Positions 1-9,528 of a DNA stretch of 64,000 nucleotides are shown here, in pieces. A model generated the notes under the pieces. It was not told the DNA's origin. It was given only the letters and a program-made list of their open reading frames with translations, and searched no databases. Source of the stretch: Candidatus Dormiibacterota bacterium (GTDB lineage Bacteria > Chloroflexota > Dormibacteria > Aeolococcales > Aeolococcaceae); NCBI GenBank assembly GCA_019245575.1, contig JAFARE010000029.1:4158-68157 (forward strand), given 5' to 3'. The translations under genes were made by a program, and so were the position numbers. Position 1 is the stretch's first letter; every line of letters begins with the position of its first letter.

Positions 1-308
1 AGCGGCTGACCGCGGGGCGCACGGTCATCGTCATCTCGCATCGCCTGAGCACGCTCGGGCATGTGGACGAGATCGCCGTGCTCGAAGCAGGGCGCATCGT
101 CGAGCGCGGCACCTATCAGGAGCTGAAGCGCCTCGGAGGCAGCTTCGCGCATCTGCTCACCGAACAGAACCGCTACGCCGCCGAACCGATCATGCTCCCT
201 GCGCTGAACGGCCGAGCCGCCGCTGTGAACGGCGCCCGCGCAAACGGCAGCAAGCCGAGGTCCGTGGAGCTGCAGGGGCGTCGCGCGGCCGCGGAGAAGC
301 GCCGATGA
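1..308 (+). CDS. ABC transporter ATP-binding/permease (exporter type), 3' end only; 5' end outside the window
   Basis: Frame is open from base 3 and reads ...[52 protein letters not shown], the H-loop/C-terminal region of MsbA-like fused ABC exporters. Stop TGA at 306-308 overlaps the next start (ATGA). Confidence 0.8.
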   Translation, partial: RLTAGRTVIVISHRLSTLGHVDEIAVLEAGRIVERGTYQELKRLGGSFAHLLTEQNRYAAEPIMLPALNGRAAAVNGARANGSKPRSVELQGRRAAAEKRR

Positions 309-2602
309 CGGGCAGAACCGCCGGCCGGCCGCTCGCCGTCGTCACCGGTGCCGCGGGTTTCATCGGCAGCTGGCTCTCCGAGGCGTTGCTCGCCGCGGGT
401 TGGCACGTGCGCGGCGTCGACTCGCTGACGCGCGCGTATGACCCCGCAATGAAGCGCGCGAATGTCGCAGCGCTCGCGGCGCATCCCGCGTTCAGCTTTG
501 TGCAGGCAGACCTCGCGTGCACCGCCTCCGACGAGCTGCTGGGCGGGGCCGACGCCGTCATCCACCTTGCGGCCGAGCCGCGCTCCAGCAGCTCGTGGGG
601 CGCGAGCTTCAGCCGCTACATCGAGCGCAACGTGCTCGTCACCGAGCAGCTGCTCGACTCGGCCGCGGCCATGCACGTGTGGCGCTTCATCTACGCGTCC
701 AGCGCGTCCGTGTACGGCAGCAGCAGCGTTCCCCTCAGCGAGTCCGCCGTGCCCCATCCGGTCAACCCCTACGCCGCCAGCAAGCTCGCGGGAGAGCATG
801 TGGCGGGCGTGCACGCCTCGCAGGGGCTGCCGGTCGTGATCCTGCGCTACTTCTCCGTGTACGGGCCGCGTCAGCGACCGGACATGGCCGTGCACCAGTT
901 CGTCGCCGCGGCACTCGACCGCCGGCCGCTCACGATCGCCGGCTCTGGCGCGCAGGTGCGCGACATGACGTACGTGGGCGACGCGGTGGCGGCGACCGTC
1001 GCTGCGCTTCAGGCGCCGCTCGCGCCCGGATCCGTCATCAACGTCGCCGGCGGGCATCCCTTGACGATGCGGCAGCTCGCATACGAGGTTGCGGCGATCG
1101 CCGGCCATGCCTCGCCCGAGATCATCGAAGAGCCGGCGCGCGACGGCGACGTCATGCACTGTGTCGCGTCGACGGACCTGGCGCGGAGCGCCCTCGGCTG
1201 GACGCCCGTCACCGCGCTCTCCGAAGGGCTTCGGCGTCAGGTGGAATGGCAGGCGGAGCGACGCCGCGAGCTGCACCGCCAGGAGCACGCCACCGGGTCG
1301 CGCCCCATGCGCGCGCAACCGCGCGGGCCGAGGCTGATGATCTACTCGCAGGACGGGCTCGGCCTCGGGCACCTGCGCCGAGCCAGCTCCATCGCCTCGG
1401 CGTTCCTCGAGCGAGAGCCCAGCGGCTGGGTGCTCACGACGTCGGACTCACCGATGGGCACGCTGCTCCACGACGTGCACAACCACGACTATCTGAAGCT
1501 GCCGTCGATCGTCAAGAGCGGGCCGGGCGACTGGCATCCGCTGTCGTTCCCGCTCGATTTCGCGCACCTGCGCCAGCTGCGCACCCGCCTGATCCTCGAG
1601 GCGGCGAACGCCTTCGAACCCGATGTGCTGCTCGTCGACCACATGCCCCACGGCGCGATGGGCGAGATGCTTCCCGTGCTCGAGGCGCTGCGCGGCGAAT
1701 CGGCGCAGATCATCCTCGGCCTGCGCGACATCCTCGACGCGCCGGAGATCGTGCACCAGCGCTGGGAGCAGGAGGGCGCGTTCGAGGCGCTCTCGCGCTA
1801 CTACGACGGCGTGCTCGTCTACGGATCGCGCGAGGTCTTCGACGTGTGCCGGGAGTACGGGTGGCCCCAGCATCTCGCAGACCTCGTCCGCTACTGCGGC
1901 TTCATCTGCACCCCGCAGACACCGGAGGACGCGCGCCGCATCCGCGCGCGGCGGCTGGGGGGAGCCGACCGGGGCACGATGATCGCAGCGATGGCGGGCG
2001 GTGGCGCGGACGCCCATGAGCTGATGAGCGCCCTCCTCGACGCGCTGGCGCTCATTCACGCGGACCAGCCCTGCGTGCTCGAGATCGTGACGGGACCCTT
2101 CATGCCGGACCACCAGCGGCTCGACCTGAAACGCCGAGCCGAGTCGCTGCCGGTTCGCCTGCGGCGCATGGTGAGCGACCCGCTCAGCCGCGTCGCCGCC
2201 GCCGACCTGGTTGTTGCCATGGCCGGCTACAACACCACGATGGAGGTGCTGCGGCTCGGCACGCCGGCGCTGCTGGTGCCGCGGCGAGGCCCCAGCCAGG
2301 AGCAGCGCATGCGAGCCACGCGGTTCGCGGAGCTGGGCTGGGTGTCACAGCTCGATCCGGACGAGCTCACGCCGCGCACGCTCGCCGACGCGGTGCTCGA
2401 CGCGCTCGCCCGCCGCGAGCATCGCGCGCCCGCAATCGCGCCCGACCTGGGCGGCCTGCAGCGTGCAGCTGACCACCTGCAGCATGCGGCCAATCTCGCG
2501 CGACACGAGGCTGTCTTCGAGGTGGTCGGCGTCCCCGCTTCGCATCATCCGCACGACGCGGCGCCGGAGGCCGGCCTGAGCGACGCGCTGAGCGCGTCAT
2601 GA
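305..2602 (+). CDS. Fusion protein: N-terminal NAD-dependent sugar epimerase/dehydratase (about 330 aa) plus C-terminal GT-B glycosyltransferase of the GLGHLRR (COG4671/MurG-like) type
   Basis: Single 765-aa ORF. N-terminus has [13 protein letters not shown] (Rossmann), YASSASVYG and YAASKLAGE (SDR-epimerase YxxxK). The second half starts [23 protein letters not shown], typical of the predicted-glycosyltransferase family. No stop lies between the two halves. Confidence 0.7.
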   Translation: MTGRTAGRPLAVVTGAAGFIGSWLSEALLAAGWHVRGVDSLTRAYDPAMKRANVAALAAHPAFSFVQADLACTASDELLGGADAVIHLAAEPRSSSSWGASFSRYIERNVLVTEQLLDSAAAMHVWRFIYASSASVYGSSSVPLSESAVPHPVNPYAASKLAGEHVAGVHASQGLPVVILRYFSVYGPRQRPDMAVHQFVAAALDRRPLTIAGSGAQVRDMTYVGDAVAATVAALQAPLAPGSVINVAGGHPLTMRQLAYEVAAIAGHASPEIIEEPARDGDVMHCVASTDLARSALGWTPVTALSEGLRRQVEWQAERRRELHRQEHATGSRPMRAQPRGPRLMIYSQDGLGLGHLRRASSIASAFLEREPSGWVLTTSDSPMGTLLHDVHNHDYLKLPSIVKSGPGDWHPLSFPLDFAHLRQLRTRLILEAANAFEPDVLLVDHMPHGAMGEMLPVLEALRGESAQIILGLRDILDAPEIVHQRWEQEGAFEALSRYYDGVLVYGSREVFDVCREYGWPQHLADLVRYCGFICTPQTPEDARRIRARRLGGADRGTMIAAMAGGGADAHELMSALLDALALIHADQPCVLEIVTGPFMPDHQRLDLKRRAESLPVRLRRMVSDPLSRVAAADLVVAMAGYNTTMEVLRLGTPALLVPRRGPSQEQRMRATRFAELGWVSQLDPDELTPRTLADAVLDALARREHRAPAIAPDLGGLQRAADHLQHAANLARHEAVFEVVGVPASHHPHDAAPEAGLSDALSAS

Positions 2603-3939
2603 CCGCCGCCCCGGCACCCCCCGGCGTCGTGCGCTCCGTCCGGCGCAAGCCGGGCAAGGCCGTGTTCATCCTGTACCGCCGTCACGACGGCGCCGTGCTC
2701 TGCCTCAACGTGGATGAGCGCGTCGCCGGCCCGGTCAGCAGCGGTGACATACCAGAGCTGGTGCACCGGCTGGAACACGCGGCGGGGAACGAGCCCTCCG
2801 CCGCCGAAGCAAGTGGCGTCTCCGTCCACGCTTTGCCCGAGGATCCCGGGCTGCCTGCGCTGCCCGCCGCATGGCATCCCACCGCAGGCGACGATCTCTG
2901 CGTCGGGCTGCAGGAGATGTTGAGCATCCGCGCTGAGCGTCGTGTGAACGTGGTGGACATCACCGCCATACCGCGGCACTACAAGCCGGGAAGCCGCTGC
3001 GTCATCGAGTACCGCTTGACGGTGCAGCACCCCGACGCCGCTTCGGTGGTCACGCAGGCGGTGTACGGCAAGCTGTTCGCCAAGCCTGCGCAGGCGCGCG
3101 ACATGGACGCTTCGTTGCGTCTCGTGGAGGCCGCATGCGAAGACGACGGCGCGGCGTTTCCGCGATGGAGCCCGAGGTCGCTCGGGGTGTGCGAGCCGCT
3201 GGGCATGTGCATCGTCGAGGCAGCTGGGACAAACGGCGACCTGCGCTCGGGCACGACCGTGCTGCGCCCGCACCGCGCCGCCCAAGCCGCACGCGCGCCA
3301 TGCATCCCCGTTGCCGAGCTCGAGCTCGCCGCCGGCGCACTGGTGCGGCTGCACACCTCGTCCATCGCGGCGGGCGGCCTGGAAGCGCGGAGCGCCCACT
3401 ACGAAGCCGAGCGCGCCGTGGAGCGGGGCGACCTCATTGCGGCGTATCACCCCGGTATGAGCGACGAGATTCACGCCGCGGCGCAGCGCGTGGCGGCGTC
3501 ACTCACCGAGCAGGCGGCGGCCGTCTCCCTCCCCTGTCACGGCAGCTACAAGCGCAGCCAGCTCGTGTACCCGTCCGACGGGACGGTCACGGTGGTGGAC
3601 TGGGATAGCATGTGCGCCGCCGACCCAGCACTCGACCTGGGTTGCTTCCTCGCCCACCTTCGCCCCGCCGGCATCTGGCAGGGGCGCCGCGCAGCACGCG
3701 CCTGGTTCGACGCCGCGTCATCGTTCTGGACCGACGCGTACGCGCGCGGCATGACGGCGCGGGGCGTGCCCCACGACGTCGTCGCGGGAATCGTCGGGCG
3801 CAGCGCGGCGTACGAGGCGGCCACGCTGCTCAAGATGGCGACGCGGCGGCTGCGCCGCCTCCAGAGTCCACGACCGCAGGAACTGCGCGCGACACTCGCC
3901 GCCGCGAGCTGCTGCCTCGCCGCCGATGCTGCCGCCTGA
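2599..3939 (+). CDS. Mak/APH-fold phosphotransferase-like protein, paralog 1 (HGS variant)
   Basis: 446 aa. C-terminal region CHGSYKRSQLVY...VVDWDSMCAADPALDLGCFLAHL aligns to the HGD-x4-Q-V catalytic loop and D-x-D metal loop of maltokinase/aminoglycoside-kinase-fold enzymes. Start overlaps the upstream stop (ATGA). Confidence 0.65.
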   Translation: MTAAPAPPGVVRSVRRKPGKAVFILYRRHDGAVLCLNVDERVAGPVSSGDIPELVHRLEHAAGNEPSAAEASGVSVHALPEDPGLPALPAAWHPTAGDDLCVGLQEMLSIRAERRVNVVDITAIPRHYKPGSRCVIEYRLTVQHPDAASVVTQAVYGKLFAKPAQARDMDASLRLVEAACEDDGAAFPRWSPRSLGVCEPLGMCIVEAAGTNGDLRSGTTVLRPHRAAQAARAPCIPVAELELAAGALVRLHTSSIAAGGLEARSAHYEAERAVERGDLIAAYHPGMSDEIHAAAQRVAASLTEQAAAVSLPCHGSYKRSQLVYPSDGTVTVVDWDSMCAADPALDLGCFLAHLRPAGIWQGRRAARAWFDAASSFWTDAYARGMTARGVPHDVVAGIVGRSAAYEAATLLKMATRRLRRLQSPRPQELRATLAAASCCLAADAAA

Positions 3940-5131
3940 GCTCGACCCTGCGCTCCCCGCCGCCGAAGCCGCGGTGGACACGGCAGCGGTTGCAGACGCG
4001 TTCCTGCGCTGCTGGCAGGGGCCCGGCCCGGCGCCCTCGGTGCGCGAGTGCGCGCCGGCATATGTGCGCTGGTGGCCGGGCGCCGAGCTGGTGGCGACCT
4101 TCACGCTGAAGCTGGAGGCTCCGTCTCCGCCGGGAGCGACGCTGATCAGCGTGTCGGTCCGCCCCGAGGGGACGCGTTACGCGCTGCTCGCCGCTGACAT
4201 CGGGCTGGACGGGCTTTCGCGGGCGACCGACCCCACGGCGATGACACCGGTGCTGCGCGACGCACTGCGGAGGGACATCCCCGCGTGCGCCATCACACCG
4301 GTGCGCTACCGCCCCATGCGGCGGTGTGTGCTGCGCTTTGACGTCGCGCCGGATGCGGCATCGGAAAGCGTCTACGGCAAGGTCCTTCGCGCCACTGAGG
4401 CGACAGCGCTGGCCGTCACGCTCCCGCTGCTGGGCGACATGGTCGCTCCGGTGCTGGCCACGGTGCCGCAGTGGGGCCTGATCATCCAGGCGAGCACCGG
4501 CGGCGACAGCCTGAACCGCGTGGGCAAGTCCGCCGCCACGCACTCCGACCTCGAGATGGTTGCCGGCGCCGCCCGGCTGCTCGCCCGCCTGCACGGCGCG
4601 TCCATCGACGCCGCTTCACGCACGCTGCAGGACGACGCGCATTCGCTGCTCGAGTTCGCGCCGGCGTGCGAGCGTTTCGCCCCCGGCGTGGCGGCGCGCC
4701 TTCGCGACGCCGCCGGACGGGTCGGATCGTTCCCCTCCAGCGACGACCTGGTGCCGAGCCACGGCGCATTCCGCCTCGACCAGGTGCACATCACGCAACG
4801 GGGCCCGGTGCTCATCGACGTCGACTCCTTCTGCGCGTCGGAGCGCGAGCGCGACCTGGGCAATCTCTTTGCCTACCTGTGCTGGCGCGCGATCCGGCGG
4901 CCGGACGCCGGCGACGCCGTCGACAGCGTCCGGACTCAGTTCCTGTCCGCGTACGAGCGCGCCGCGTCGCGACGCGTCGACGCCGAGCGGCTGCGTCTGT
5001 ATGAGGCGGTGTCGCTCCTCAAGATCGCGGGACGGCGATACCCGCGGCTGAAGACCGCCGAGTGGCCGCTCGTGCCGCAGCTGATCGACGCGGCAATCAC
5101 GCTGCTCGCCCCCGCGCCGGTGGCGCGATGA
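3926..5131 (+). CDS. Mak/APH-fold phosphotransferase-like protein, paralog 2 (HGA variant)
   Basis: 401 aa. Motifs VPSHGAFRLDQVHI...LIDVDSFCASERERDLGNLFAYL. 14-nt overlap with paralog 1. Confidence 0.65.
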   Translation: MLPPELDPALPAAEAAVDTAAVADAFLRCWQGPGPAPSVRECAPAYVRWWPGAELVATFTLKLEAPSPPGATLISVSVRPEGTRYALLAADIGLDGLSRATDPTAMTPVLRDALRRDIPACAITPVRYRPMRRCVLRFDVAPDAASESVYGKVLRATEATALAVTLPLLGDMVAPVLATVPQWGLIIQASTGGDSLNRVGKSAATHSDLEMVAGAARLLARLHGASIDAASRTLQDDAHSLLEFAPACERFAPGVAARLRDAAGRVGSFPSSDDLVPSHGAFRLDQVHITQRGPVLIDVDSFCASERERDLGNLFAYLCWRAIRRPDAGDAVDSVRTQFLSAYERAASRRVDAERLRLYEAVSLLKIAGRRYPRLKTAEWPLVPQLIDAAITLLAPAPVAR

Positions 5132-6111
5132 GGCCGGCCCACACCGCCGAGGGCGCGCTGGACGCACTCCCCCGCTGCGTCGATGCCGCATACGTGTCCG
5201 CGCGCCTCGCCGAGGCAGGCGCCGGCGGCACCGTCCTGGCTGCGGATGTCGTGTCCATCGCGCCGGGGAAGCGAGCTGTGGTGCGCTACGCGGTTCGCTC
5301 CGCAGACGGCTCGGACGTCACATACATCGGCAAGCTCTACGCGGACAGCGCGCGCGCGCAGCGAGCGCACGACGTCATGGCGGCGGTGCACTCCGCGATC
5401 ACCCGCCATGACGGCCTCACCTCGCCGCATCCGGTGGTGCTGCTGGGCGACCTCGGGCTGCTGCTGCAATCCGCGGTGGCCGGCGCCACGCTCGACCGGG
5501 TCCCACCGCCGGAACGTGTCGCTGCTGCGCGCGGCGCCGGGCGATGGCTGGCCGCGTTGCACGGGTCGAGGCTGAAGCCGGATCGCGCCGTGAACCCGGA
5601 TTCGGAGGCGCGCAAGACGGCTGAGCGCGCAGCGCGGATCGCTGCATCCGACACGCGGCTGGCCGCCGCCGCCGCGCAGCTGCACCGCGCGGTTACGCAC
5701 GCGACCATCGATCCCCCGGCGTCTGGCGTGCCACTGCATCGAGACTTTCACTATCAGCACGTCGTCGTCGCGGGCGACACGGTCGCCGCGATCGACCTCG
5801 ACGAGGTGCGCGGCGGCGAAGCGGCAATCGACGTCGCCCACTTCTGCGCGTACCTCCACCTCCTTGTGATGCGCGAGGCAGGTGAGCAGGATCAGAGCGG
5901 CGCACTGGAGACGGCATTCCTCGGCGGGTATGCAGGCGATGCCGCACGCGCGCTCGACGCCCGCGAACGCGTCCATTTCGCCAACACGTGCCTCAAGCTC
6001 GCCGACCAGATCGTGCGCGGACGCGGCCCGGCGCCGGCGCCGGTCGGAGCGGATCGCACGCGTGAGGCAGCGTTCCTCCTGGAGGACGGCCGGAGATGCC
6101 TGGAGAGCTGA
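5128..6111 (+). CDS. Mak/APH-fold phosphotransferase-like protein, paralog 3 (HRD variant)
   Basis: About 327 aa, taken from the internal ATG at 5128 that overlaps the upstream stop (ATGA). Motifs LHRDFHYQHVVV...AIDLDEVRGGEAAIDVAHFCAYL. Confidence 0.6.
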   Translation: MRPAHTAEGALDALPRCVDAAYVSARLAEAGAGGTVLAADVVSIAPGKRAVVRYAVRSADGSDVTYIGKLYADSARAQRAHDVMAAVHSAITRHDGLTSPHPVVLLGDLGLLLQSAVAGATLDRVPPPERVAAARGAGRWLAALHGSRLKPDRAVNPDSEARKTAERAARIAASDTRLAAAAAQLHRAVTHATIDPPASGVPLHRDFHYQHVVVAGDTVAAIDLDEVRGGEAAIDVAHFCAYLHLLVMREAGEQDQSGALETAFLGGYAGDAARALDARERVHFANTCLKLADQIVRGRGPAPAPVGADRTREAAFLLEDGRRCLES

Positions 6112-7340
6112 GGGTCGCCTACATCCTGCGCAGCTGGCCGCGGCTGTCACAGACGTTCATCCTCAACGAGGTGCTCGAGCTCGAGCGCGCCGGCGTGAGC
6201 GTGACGCTGTTCCCGCTCGCCCGCGCCGATGACGCGCTGGTGCAGCCGCAGGTCGCCGACGTCCGCGCCACGGTACGCTACCTGGACGCGCGCGCCCTCG
6301 CACGAGCGCGCATGCACCTCGCAGTCGCGCTCGACACGCCTGGCCGCTACCTGGCGACTCTCGTCTTCGTGCTCGCCCACCGCGAGCTGCGCGGGCACTA
6401 CACCAAGAGCAACGCGCTGCAGGCATTCGACGCGGCCGTGCAGGCAGCCTGGCACCTGCGCGCACGCGGCTCGGTGCGGTGCACCCACGTGCACGCGCAC
6501 TTCGCGCACGACCCCGCGTTCGTCGGCGTGCTGGTGCGGCGTCTCACGGGCCTCTCGTTCACCTTCACGGCGCACGCGCGCGACCTGTACCAGATCCCCA
6601 GGGTCGCGCTGCAGGGCCGGGCGCGCGAAGCCGAGGCGGTGGTCACGTGCTGCGCGAGCAACGCGCGTTACATCGAGGACGTGATCCGTGACACGGCTCC
6701 CGTCGAGCTCGTGTACCACGGTGTGGATCTGCGCCGCTTCCATCCCGCGGACCTGCCGGCACGCGGCAGCATCCCGCACATCGTCTCGGTGGGACGGCTC
6801 ATCCCCAAGAAGGGCTTCGACGACCTGCTTCGCGCGTGCGCGGTGCTCCATCGCAAGGGCATTGCCTTCAGCTGCGAGGTGTTCGGCGAGGGCCCGCTTC
6901 GCGGCCGCCTCGAGGTGCTGCGCGACGAGCTGGGGCTCGCCGGGGTGGTGCGCTTCTGCGGGGCGCGCACGCAGCGGGAGCTCCTCGACGCGTACACGTC
7001 AGCGGACATCTTCGCGCTCACGCCGTGCGTGACCGAGGACGGCGACCGTGACGGGGTGCCCAACGTGCTCCTCGAGGCCATGGCGTGCGGGCTGCCGGTC
7101 GTGGTGACGCGTGCCGGCGGTGTCGAGGAGGTGGTGCGCCACGAGGTCGACGGTCTCGTGGCCGATGCGCGCAGCCCGGAACAGGTCGCGCGGTGCCTCG
7201 AGCTGCTGCTCACGGACGCGGCGCTGCGCTCGCGGCTGGGCGCAGGCGCCCTGAACGCGGCACAGCGCTTTGACGGGCGCGATGCCGCACGGCGGCTGGT
7301 CGCGCTCTTCAGCCACACCGCACCGGCACCTGCGCCATGA
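6096..7340 (+). CDS. Glycosyltransferase family 4 (GT-B, group 1)
   Basis: 414 aa. GRLIPKKGFDDLLRA and EDGDRDGVPNVLLEAMACGLPVVVTRAGGVEEVV match the EX7E-type GT4 signature. Confidence 0.8.
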   Translation: MPGELRVAYILRSWPRLSQTFILNEVLELERAGVSVTLFPLARADDALVQPQVADVRATVRYLDARALARARMHLAVALDTPGRYLATLVFVLAHRELRGHYTKSNALQAFDAAVQAAWHLRARGSVRCTHVHAHFAHDPAFVGVLVRRLTGLSFTFTAHARDLYQIPRVALQGRAREAEAVVTCCASNARYIEDVIRDTAPVELVYHGVDLRRFHPADLPARGSIPHIVSVGRLIPKKGFDDLLRACAVLHRKGIAFSCEVFGEGPLRGRLEVLRDELGLAGVVRFCGARTQRELLDAYTSADIFALTPCVTEDGDRDGVPNVLLEAMACGLPVVVTRAGGVEEVVRHEVDGLVADARSPEQVARCLELLLTDAALRSRLGAGALNAAQRFDGRDAARRLVALFSHTAPAPAP

Positions 7341-8692
7341 GCGTCTCGCTCGCTCAGGTGGCCGCACCCCAGGAGAACGCCGGCCTGCACGGCGACCTTC
7401 CGCACCTCGAGGCAGCCCTCGACCCGGAGCGGATGCGCGACGAGCTGGACGCGCTCCTCTTCGCGGGCACCGGCACGACCCTCCTGCGCTGCGGACGGCC
7501 GAAGCCGGAGGTCGGCGACGTGGGCTGCTCCATCCACTACCCGCTCCTGGTGCGGGACGCGTCCGGCACGGAGAGCCAGCGGCTGGCGCTCGCCGTGATG
7601 CTCCCTGGCGAGGGCGACGCCGAGCACTTTCATGCGCGGGAGCTGAGCCCGATCGCGGCGCGGCAACCGGCAGCCCCGGCAGGTGGGCCGCGCGCCACCG
7701 GCGTGCTCTCACACCTCCGGCTGGCGGTGAGCCTCTTCCCCGTCAGCGCAGCGCACCCCACGCTCGTGCTCGCTGCGGATCGCGAACTGGCCACCGCAGC
7801 GCTGCGCCCGCTGCTCCAGGGCAGCGACGCGGCCGTCACCGACGTTGTGCTGGTGCGGCTGCGCCGCTCACGGGGATGTGTGCTCCGGTACGAGCTCGAT
7901 CACGGCGCTCGCACCGCGGTCTTCGGCAAGGTCGGGTACCCCGCTGCCGCCGCAGGCGTCCAGGCGGCCCTCGACGCGCTGCGCGTCTCCGACGGCGCGA
8001 GCCGGGGTTCGGTAGTCTTTCCTCGCGGATTGGGGCGCTCGGCGGAGCTCGACGAGACGTTCGTCGAGGAGCTTCCAGGGAGACCGCCGGAACTTGAGCA
8101 GGAGACTGAACGTGCGCGAGTGGTCGACGTCGCCGCAGCCGTCGCAGCGGTTCTGCACGCGTCCGGCCCCGGCGCCGGGGACGAGCACGGGCTCGACGAC
8201 GAGGTCGCGCGCGCGGCGCGGCCGGTGCAGATGGTCGCGCGTTACGACGCCGGCCTGGCCGGATCGCTGCTCGCCGTGCTGAACGGGGTGACGCGCCAGG
8301 CGGCGCAGGCGCCCGCGGGCGAGCCCGTCTTCTCGCACGGCAGCTTCGCGCCGTCACAGCTGATGTTCGACGGCGACCGAACGGGTCTCCTCGACTTCGA
8401 GCGCGTCTGCCGGGCGGAGCCGGGGTTCGACCTGGGACGCTTCCTCGCGTCGCTGCGGACGTCCGTCTCACGCAAGGGTGCGAGTGACGCCGACGCGCTC
8501 GCGCAGCGCTTTCTCAGCGGCTACGTCGCCGCAGGCGGCAGTGCCGGCGCTGCGCAGCGCGCGTCGCTGTACGAGTGCGCCGCGCTCATCCGCACAGTGG
8601 CGCACAGCTGGCTGCAGCTGAAGACGTCCCGCCTGCAGCACGCTCTCGCAGTCCTCGAGGCGCGCCGCGAGTCGCTCGGTCTGGCCGGATGA
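7337..8692 (+). CDS. Mak/APH-fold phosphotransferase-like protein, paralog 4 (HGS variant)
   Basis: 451 aa. Motifs VFSHGSFAPSQLMF...LLDFERVCRAEPGFDLGRFLASL. ATGA overlap with the GT4 stop. Confidence 0.65.
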   Translation: MSVSLAQVAAPQENAGLHGDLPHLEAALDPERMRDELDALLFAGTGTTLLRCGRPKPEVGDVGCSIHYPLLVRDASGTESQRLALAVMLPGEGDAEHFHARELSPIAARQPAAPAGGPRATGVLSHLRLAVSLFPVSAAHPTLVLAADRELATAALRPLLQGSDAAVTDVVLVRLRRSRGCVLRYELDHGARTAVFGKVGYPAAAAGVQAALDALRVSDGASRGSVVFPRGLGRSAELDETFVEELPGRPPELEQETERARVVDVAAAVAAVLHASGPGAGDEHGLDDEVARAARPVQMVARYDAGLAGSLLAVLNGVTRQAAQAPAGEPVFSHGSFAPSQLMFDGDRTGLLDFERVCRAEPGFDLGRFLASLRTSVSRKGASDADALAQRFLSGYVAAGGSAGAAQRASLYECAALIRTVAHSWLQLKTSRLQHALAVLEARRESLGLAG

Positions 8693-9528
8693 AGAAGAAG
8701 CCGCTCCGCTTCTGCTTCATTGTGGAGGCGCCGTACCGGAACAGCCGACTGCCCATGGCGGTCGTCGAGCAGCTGCGCGCGTCGGGCCACGAGTGCAGCG
8801 TCATCGAGCCGCAGGTTGCGGTGGCGAACGTCAACGACCTCGCCGGCGACCGCGACTTCGACGCCATCGTGCTGCGCACCGTCTCCAACGGACCCGGGCT
8901 GAGCCTGCTGCACGCGCTGGGGGCGTGCGGTGTCACGACCATCAACGACGCGGAGGCCGTGCTCCGGGTGCGCGACAAGGTGGTCGTGGCCGCCATCGCG
9001 CGCGCGCATGGAATCCCGTTTCCGGACACGTACTTCCTGGCCGAGGCACGGCTCGTGGAGCAGGTGCCGGAACGGCTCTTCCCGCTGGTGGTGAAGCCCA
9101 GCTTCGGCGGGTTCGGCCGTAACATCCGCCTGATCCGCACGCCCCAGGAGGCGATGTCATTCGGCTCCAACGGCGGCCCGCACCACTGGGTGGCGCAGCC
9201 CTGGCTGCCCAACCTCGGATACGACGTGAAGCTGTACAACACGGGTCGCAGCATCCACGCGGTGCGCCGCCGCTCCTCGCTGCTGGGGGGCGCCGACGGC
9301 GACCGCGAGGTGATCCCACTCACCGACGCGATGCGCGATCTCGCGGAGCGCATCGGCGCAGCGTTCCAGCTGGAGATCTACGGGGCCGATGTGGTCGACA
9401 GCACCGAGGGCTGGATCGTCGTCGACGTCAACGACTTTCCGAGCTTCAAGATGATCGACGAGGCGCCGGAAGAGCTGGCGCGGTCCATCGTCGACATCAC
9501 GCGCCGCCGCCTCGCGCCGATCCGATGA
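8689..9528 (+). CDS. ATP-grasp domain ligase (RimK-like)
   Basis: About 279 aa from MKKKPLRF (ATGA overlap with the upstream stop). ATP-grasp signatures LVVKPSFGGFGRNIRLI and ...GADVVDSTEGWIVVDVNDFP. Confidence 0.65.
   Translation: MKKKPLRFCFIVEAPYRNSRLPMAVVEQLRASGHECSVIEPQVAVANVNDLAGDRDFDAIVLRTVSNGPGLSLLHALGACGVTTINDAEAVLRVRDKVVVAAIARAHGIPFPDTYFLAEARLVEQVPERLFPLVVKPSFGGFGRNIRLIRTPQEAMSFGSNGGPHHWVAQPWLPNLGYDVKLYNTGRSIHAVRRRSSLLGGADGDREVIPLTDAMRDLAERIGAAFQLEIYGADVVDSTEGWIVVDVNDFPSFKMIDEAPEELARSIVDITRRRLAPIR

Noticed and set aside
173-2019. Overlapping ORFs 173..1372(-) and 517..2019(+)
   Set aside because: They overlap the epimerase-GT fusion in other frames or on the other strand and have no motifs. 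The epimerase frame carries GxxGxxG and YxxxK signatures.
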